NCBI GenBank assembly: GCA_965203555.1
Contig: CBDBCY010000004.1
Coordinates: forward strand, 928,001 to 992,000
DNA length: 64,000 bases
Direction of reading: 5' to 3'
Source of the DNA: Acidimicrobiia bacterium
GTDB taxonomy: Bacteria; Actinomycetota; Acidimicrobiia; Spongiisociales; ZC4RG35
Shown: positions 59,844-64,000 of the stretch, one piece after another
How positions within the stretch are numbered: position 1 is the stretch's first letter
Layout of the letters: each line of letters begins with the position of its first letter
Program-made: the position numbers and the translations under genes
The notes under the pieces: model-generated
What the model was told of the DNA's origin: nothing
The model's input: the letters and a program-made list of their open reading frames with translations, nothing else
Databases searched by the model: none

Positions 59844-61901
59844 TCTCCACCTCCGGCCCCGGTGGTGTCCACCACCAGATTGAGAAAGCGATCGACCGTC
59901 ATCGTCATCCCGGGCGGCACCAGAGTGGTCGAGTCCATCTGCTCGACCACCGCCGGACCCACCGTCCGGAAACCGACCGGCAGGGAGGGCCGCGACCACA
60001 CCGGGGTGTCCACCCATCCTCCGGCCTCCCGCCAGTGGACGGGACGCCGGTCCGGGGCGGCGGGCACGGTCGAAGTAGCTTCGACAGCACCCGGCCGGTA
60101 TTTGTCGGAAATTCCCGTGCCCGTCACCGCGATTCCGTGGATCTCGACTTCCCGTTCACCCAGGTCGAAGGTGAACCTCTTCAAATACAGACTCTTGAAC
60201 AGCTCCACGATATCCAACAGGCTCTGGGGGGTCATCCTGCCTGTCACCGGGATGGCGAACACCCTCCACTGCCCGGCGTAGCACATGTCGATGGTCCACT
60301 CCACGGACTGGCGCTCGGGCGGAATGCCCTCCCGGTCAAGGGCGGCCCGTACCCGGGCATCGAATTCCTCGAATTGATCATTCATCTCGTCGATGTCGAC
60401 CGCCGCCGCCTCCCCGTAGAACATGCTGGCGCCCAGGTCATGACGGATGTCGGCCATGAGACAACCCAGTGCCGAGGTGAGCCCCGGCCGGGGAGGCACC
60501 AACACGGTGGGAATGCTCATCTCGGCCGCCACCCGGGCGCCGTGGAACGGTCCGGCTCCGCCGAATGCCACCAAGGCGAAGTCGCGGGGATCCAGGCCTC
60601 GCCTCATGGTCGCCAACCTTATGGCATTGGCCATGTTCGCCTCCGCGACCGCCACAACCGCCGCCGCCGCGGAGACCGTGTCGCTGCCGAGCATGCGACC
60701 GATCCGGTCGCGGATCACCTTCTCGGCCAGCGCCGGGACGATCTCCATCGCCCCGCCCAGCATGGCGCCGGGCCGGAGGTTCCCCAGCACCACGTGCGCA
60801 TCGGTGTTGGTGGGCCGGTCGCCTCCCCTTCCGTAGCAGGCCGGGCCGGGGACCGCCCCCATACTGTGCGGTCCCGACCGGAGCTTTCCTCCCGGGTCGA
60901 ACCACGCCACCGATCCTCCCCCCGCCCCCACGGTGATAATGTCCACCGCCGGGAACATGATCGGATGGCCCCACTCCACCTCCCAGGTCTCGGTGGTCCT
61001 CAACCGGCCGTCCAGAGTCACCGAGACATCGGTGCTGGTTCCCTCCGATGTCAAGCCCGATTATGTTCTCAAAGCCCGCCAGTGCGCCTATCTCCCGGGC
61101 CGCTATCGCGCCCGCCGAAGGACCGGAATTGGCGGTCCGGACCGGGATGTTGGAGGTGGCCTCCACCCCCATCAGGCCTCCTGCCGACTGGACGATCAGC
61201 ACATCGCCCTGGTAGTCCCGGTCCCGCAGACCCTGCTCCAGGGCTTTCAGGTAATCGATCATCACCGGGATGAGCGCCACGTTGAGGATGGTGGTGGTGA
61301 ATCGCTCGTACTCGAGAATGCGGGGGATGGTCTCATGGGACGTGCGGACCAGCGCCTCCGGGTATTCCTCCAGGATGATCTCTTTCATTCTCCGCTCGTT
61401 GCGCCCGTTGGTGTAGGAGTGGAGGAAGCACACCGCGATGGTCCGGATGCCCCGACCCCGCAGGATCCGGGCCACGGCGCGCGCCTCCTCTTCGTCGAGG
61501 GGGGTACGGACCTGCCCGGAACTGAGGGTTCGCTCGGTGACTTCCAGGCGGTCGCGGGGCTTGACGATGGAGGGAAGGGGAGACTCGTGGTAGATGTCCC
61601 AGATGTCCTCCTTCGAGCCCCGGGCAGCCTGGGTCAGCACGGCGGTGACTCCCCTGGTGGTCACCATCCCCACCCGCGGCAGGCGCCTCTCTATCAAGGC
61701 GTTGGTCCCCAGGGTCGTCCCGTGAGCAAAGGAGCGGAACCTCTCTCCGCCGACTCCCGCCTCGTCCATGGCGTTGAACACCCCGGCGAAGCCATCCCGG
61801 GTGGTCGGTGTCTTGACGACCCGTACCTCTCCGTCGGGGTCCACCATCACCCAGTCGGTGAAGGTTCCTCCGATGTCTACCCCGATCCTGAACTCAGTCA
61901 T
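59840..61901 (-). pseudogene. Hydantoinase A / oxoprolinase subunit (second copy) with a +1 frameshift near 61040-61045
   Basis: The N-half (DIGGTFTD...SGPSAG...LDIGG) and C-half (TSTDVS...GAGGGS...PGPACYG) are in different frames. Removing one base from GGAGGGAACC restores DIGGTSTDV. Confidence 0.85.
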
Positions 61902-62605
61902 CAGATCCCCAGGTAGGCGCGTCGCACCAGATCACTTTCGAGCACGGCTCGGGTCTCGCCGCTCTCCACCACCGAGCCCGACTCCATCACATAGGCTTTC
62001 TTGGCGATCTCCAGCGCCAGAAAGGCGTTCTGTTCCACCAGCAGCACCGTCAGGCCCTGCTCGTTGAGGTCGAGGATGATTTCCGCCAAGTGGTCGACGA
62101 TGATGGGGGCCAGTCCTGCCGACGGCTCATCCAGCAGCAGCAGGCTGGGATTACCCATCAATGCCCTGGCGATGGCCAGCATCTGTTGCTCCCCGCCGCT
62201 GAGCGTGCCGGCTCGTTGACGCGCCCGCTCGGAAAGCCGCGGGAAGAAATCGAACGCCCTGGCGAGCCGATGCTGGTATTCGTCCTGCTCCTTGACCAGG
62301 TGGGCGCCCATTTCCAGGTTCTCTAGAACCGTCATGGCCGGGAAGAGTTCTTTGCCCTGCGGCACGTGACCCAGCCCCATTCCGACTATCTCGTGGGGTC
62401 TGAGGTTGTCGATTCGGTCCCCGTCGAAGGTGATCTCTCCCCCCATGGGTCGGAGCACCCCCGAGACGGTGAGGAGCAGGGTGGTCTTGCCTGCCCCGTT
62501 GGCGCCGATCACGGTCACCAGTTCGCCTTGGCCGACGCTGATCGAGACGTCGAACAGCACCTGCACCCGCCCGTAGGCCACATTCAAAGAACTGATTTCA
62601 AGCAC
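61901..62605 (-). CDS. livF: Branched-chain-type ABC ATPase LivF-like
   Basis: GANGAGKTT, LSGGEQQMLAIARAL, DEPSAGLAP, VEQNA. Confidence 0.9.
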   Translation of the reverse strand: MLEISSLNVAYGRVQVLFDVSISVGQGELVTVIGANGAGKTTLLLTVSGVLRPMGGEITFDGDRIDNLRPHEIVGMGLGHVPQGKELFPAMTVLENLEMGAHLVKEQDEYQHRLARAFDFFPRLSERARQRAGTLSGGEQQMLAIARALMGNPSLLLLDEPSAGLAPIIVDHLAEIILDLNEQGLTVLLVEQNAFLALEIAKKAYVMESGSVVESGETRAVLESDLVRRAYLGI

Positions 62606-63365
62606 CGCGACGCTTCCCCAGATAGGCGGTCACCACATCTTCGTCGCCAACTATCTCTTCGGGAGTGCCCTCTGCGATCTTGGCCCCGAAGTTGAGCACC
62701 GTAATCCTGGTGCAAATGTTGGTTATCAGACGCATGTTGTGCTCGACCAGCAACACCGTGACGCCCTTGTCTCGCAAGGTTCTGATCAGGTCCATCAGAA
62801 ACCCCGCTTCCTCGGGGTTCAACCCGGTGGCAGGCTCATCGAGCAGGAGCATCCGGGGTTTGGCGGCCAGCGCGATGGCGATCTCCAGGTACCGGTGTTC
62901 GCCGGCGGACAGGTCTCGAGCCACCGCCTCGATGCGTCCGTCCAGACCCACCGCCGCCAGTAGTTCCCGGACCCGCTCCTCCAGCACCGCACACTGCTTC
63001 CGGTATCTGCGGGACCGGGTCAGAGCTCCCAAAAGAGTGGTGGGATTGTTGAGATGGCGGCCGTGGAGAACATTGTCCCGAACCGTCAAGTTCTCGAACA
63101 AGGTGGTGATCTGGAATGTGCGGACCAGTCCCATCCGAGCCAGGTCGTGAGGCTGGGCGCCGGTGATGTTCTCTCCCTGATAGGTCACCACTCCCCCGGT
63201 GGGCTTGATAAAGCCCGTAATGAGATTCAGGGCGGTGGTCTTCCCGGAGCCGTTCGGGCCGATCAGACCCCGGATCTCCCCTTCCTCCACGGACAAATCC
63301 AACTCGTCGACCGCCGACAGGCCGCCGAACATTCTGGTGAGCCCGGTGGTCTCGAGGATCGGCAT
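62598..63365 (-). CDS. livG: Branched-chain-type ABC ATPase LivG-like
   Basis: FGGLSAV, GPNGSGKTT, RTFQ, DEPATGLNP, VEHNM, AYLG. Confidence 0.9.
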   Translation of the reverse strand: MPILETTGLTRMFGGLSAVDELDLSVEEGEIRGLIGPNGSGKTTALNLITGFIKPTGGVVTYQGENITGAQPHDLARMGLVRTFQITTLFENLTVRDNVLHGRHLNNPTTLLGALTRSRRYRKQCAVLEERVRELLAAVGLDGRIEAVARDLSAGEHRYLEIAIALAAKPRMLLLDEPATGLNPEEAGFLMDLIRTLRDKGVTVLLVEHNMRLITNICTRITVLNFGAKIAEGTPEEIVGDEDVVTAYLGKRRGA

Positions 63366-63368
63366 TCG

Positions 63369-64000
63369 CTACTCCACCCCCACCCCGTCCACGGCATGAT
63401 CTTCGCCGGCTACCGTGACCTCTTCTCCCGATTCCTCGCGTTTCCTCCGCCGCCGAAATGCTTTCTGGAGAGCGGGAAAGACCCCGATCGGCATGAAAAG
63501 CACCACCAGGAGCAACACCACACCGAAAATCACGAAACGATACTCCTGTAGGGCCCGGAGCCACTCACTCACCAGGACGAAAATCGCCGCACCGAAAACC
63601 GGACCCCACAGGGTCCCCGTCCCTCCCACCAGAACAACGATCAAGAAGATGAACATGTATTGGAGGCCCAACAGATTCGGGTTGACAAACCGGAAATGGT
63701 GAGCGTACAGGGCGCCGGAGAACCCCACCAGCGCGCAGGCGAACGAGAACGCCAGGACGTAATATCTGGTGGCCGCCACACCGATGGACTTGGCGAGGTC
63801 TTCGTTCTCGTGAATGCTGCGCACCGCCCTGCCGAAGCGGGACTCCCGCATCCTGGACAGGATGAAGACCACTCCCAGCAGCAACAACAGGGCGAAGTAG
63901 AAATAGGCCAACTCCGACCGTATTTCCCAGCCGAACAGACTGGGCGGGGGGACCTGGCGCAATCCCGACGGGCCGCCGGTGACCGGCCGCCACCGCAGGG
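63369..64000 (-). CDS. livM: Branched-chain-type ABC permease LivM-like (5' end outside the window)
   Basis: TGGPSG, SRFGRAVRSIHENE, GGTGTLWGPVFGA, PIG. Confidence 0.85.
   Translation of the reverse strand, partial: LRWRPVTGGPSGLRQVPPPSLFGWEIRSELAYFYFALLLLLGVVFILSRMRESRFGRAVRSIHENEDLAKSIGVAATRYYVLAFSFACALVGFSGALYAHHFRFVNPNLLGLQYMFIFLIVVLVGGTGTLWGPVFGAAIFVLVSEWLRALQEYRFVIFGVVLLLVVLFMPIGVFPALQKAFRRRRKREESGEEVTVAGEDHAVDGVGVE

Overview
High-GC bacterial DNA, most likely from Actinomycetota, possibly Acidimicrobiia. This is inferred from the iscS-mnmA-ligA gene order, DUF222-HNH genes and several TANNNT-N6-ATG leaderless starts. Left to right: (1) two divergent, homologous DUF222/HNH endonuclease genes with conserved non-coding 5' ends, bracketing a ~2 kb cassette of decaying toxin-antitoxin modules; (2) a ~200-nt structured intergenic element with a strong terminator directly upstream of iscS-mnmA-ligA; (3) a DUF4349 lipoprotein carrying three novel ~137-aa Cys-paired repeats, plus a one-repeat paralog; (4) a Fic pseudogene, secreted proteins, pepA and duplicated MFS transporters; (5) a small operon of Zn-dehydrogenase, Cys-substituted M24 enzyme and a rifampin-phosphotransferase-architecture dikinase, followed by a DpkA-like reductase; (6) a GntR-associated Dpp-type ABC importer with CocE, threonine-aldolase-like, phosphotriesterase-like and amidase enzymes; (7) IS and TA remnants, a second phosphotriesterase, CitE and an intact Phd-VapC pair; (8) a >20 kb minus-strand catabolic cluster with a Liv-type importer, two hydantoinase/oxoprolinase A+B pairs, two non-HemL GSA-type aminotransferases, a family III CoA transferase, 2-oxoacid dehydrogenase E1a/E1b/E2, two SDRs and a second Cys-M24 enzyme. 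I saw no rRNA, tRNA or CRISPR array. All calls come from reading motifs by eye; no searches were run.
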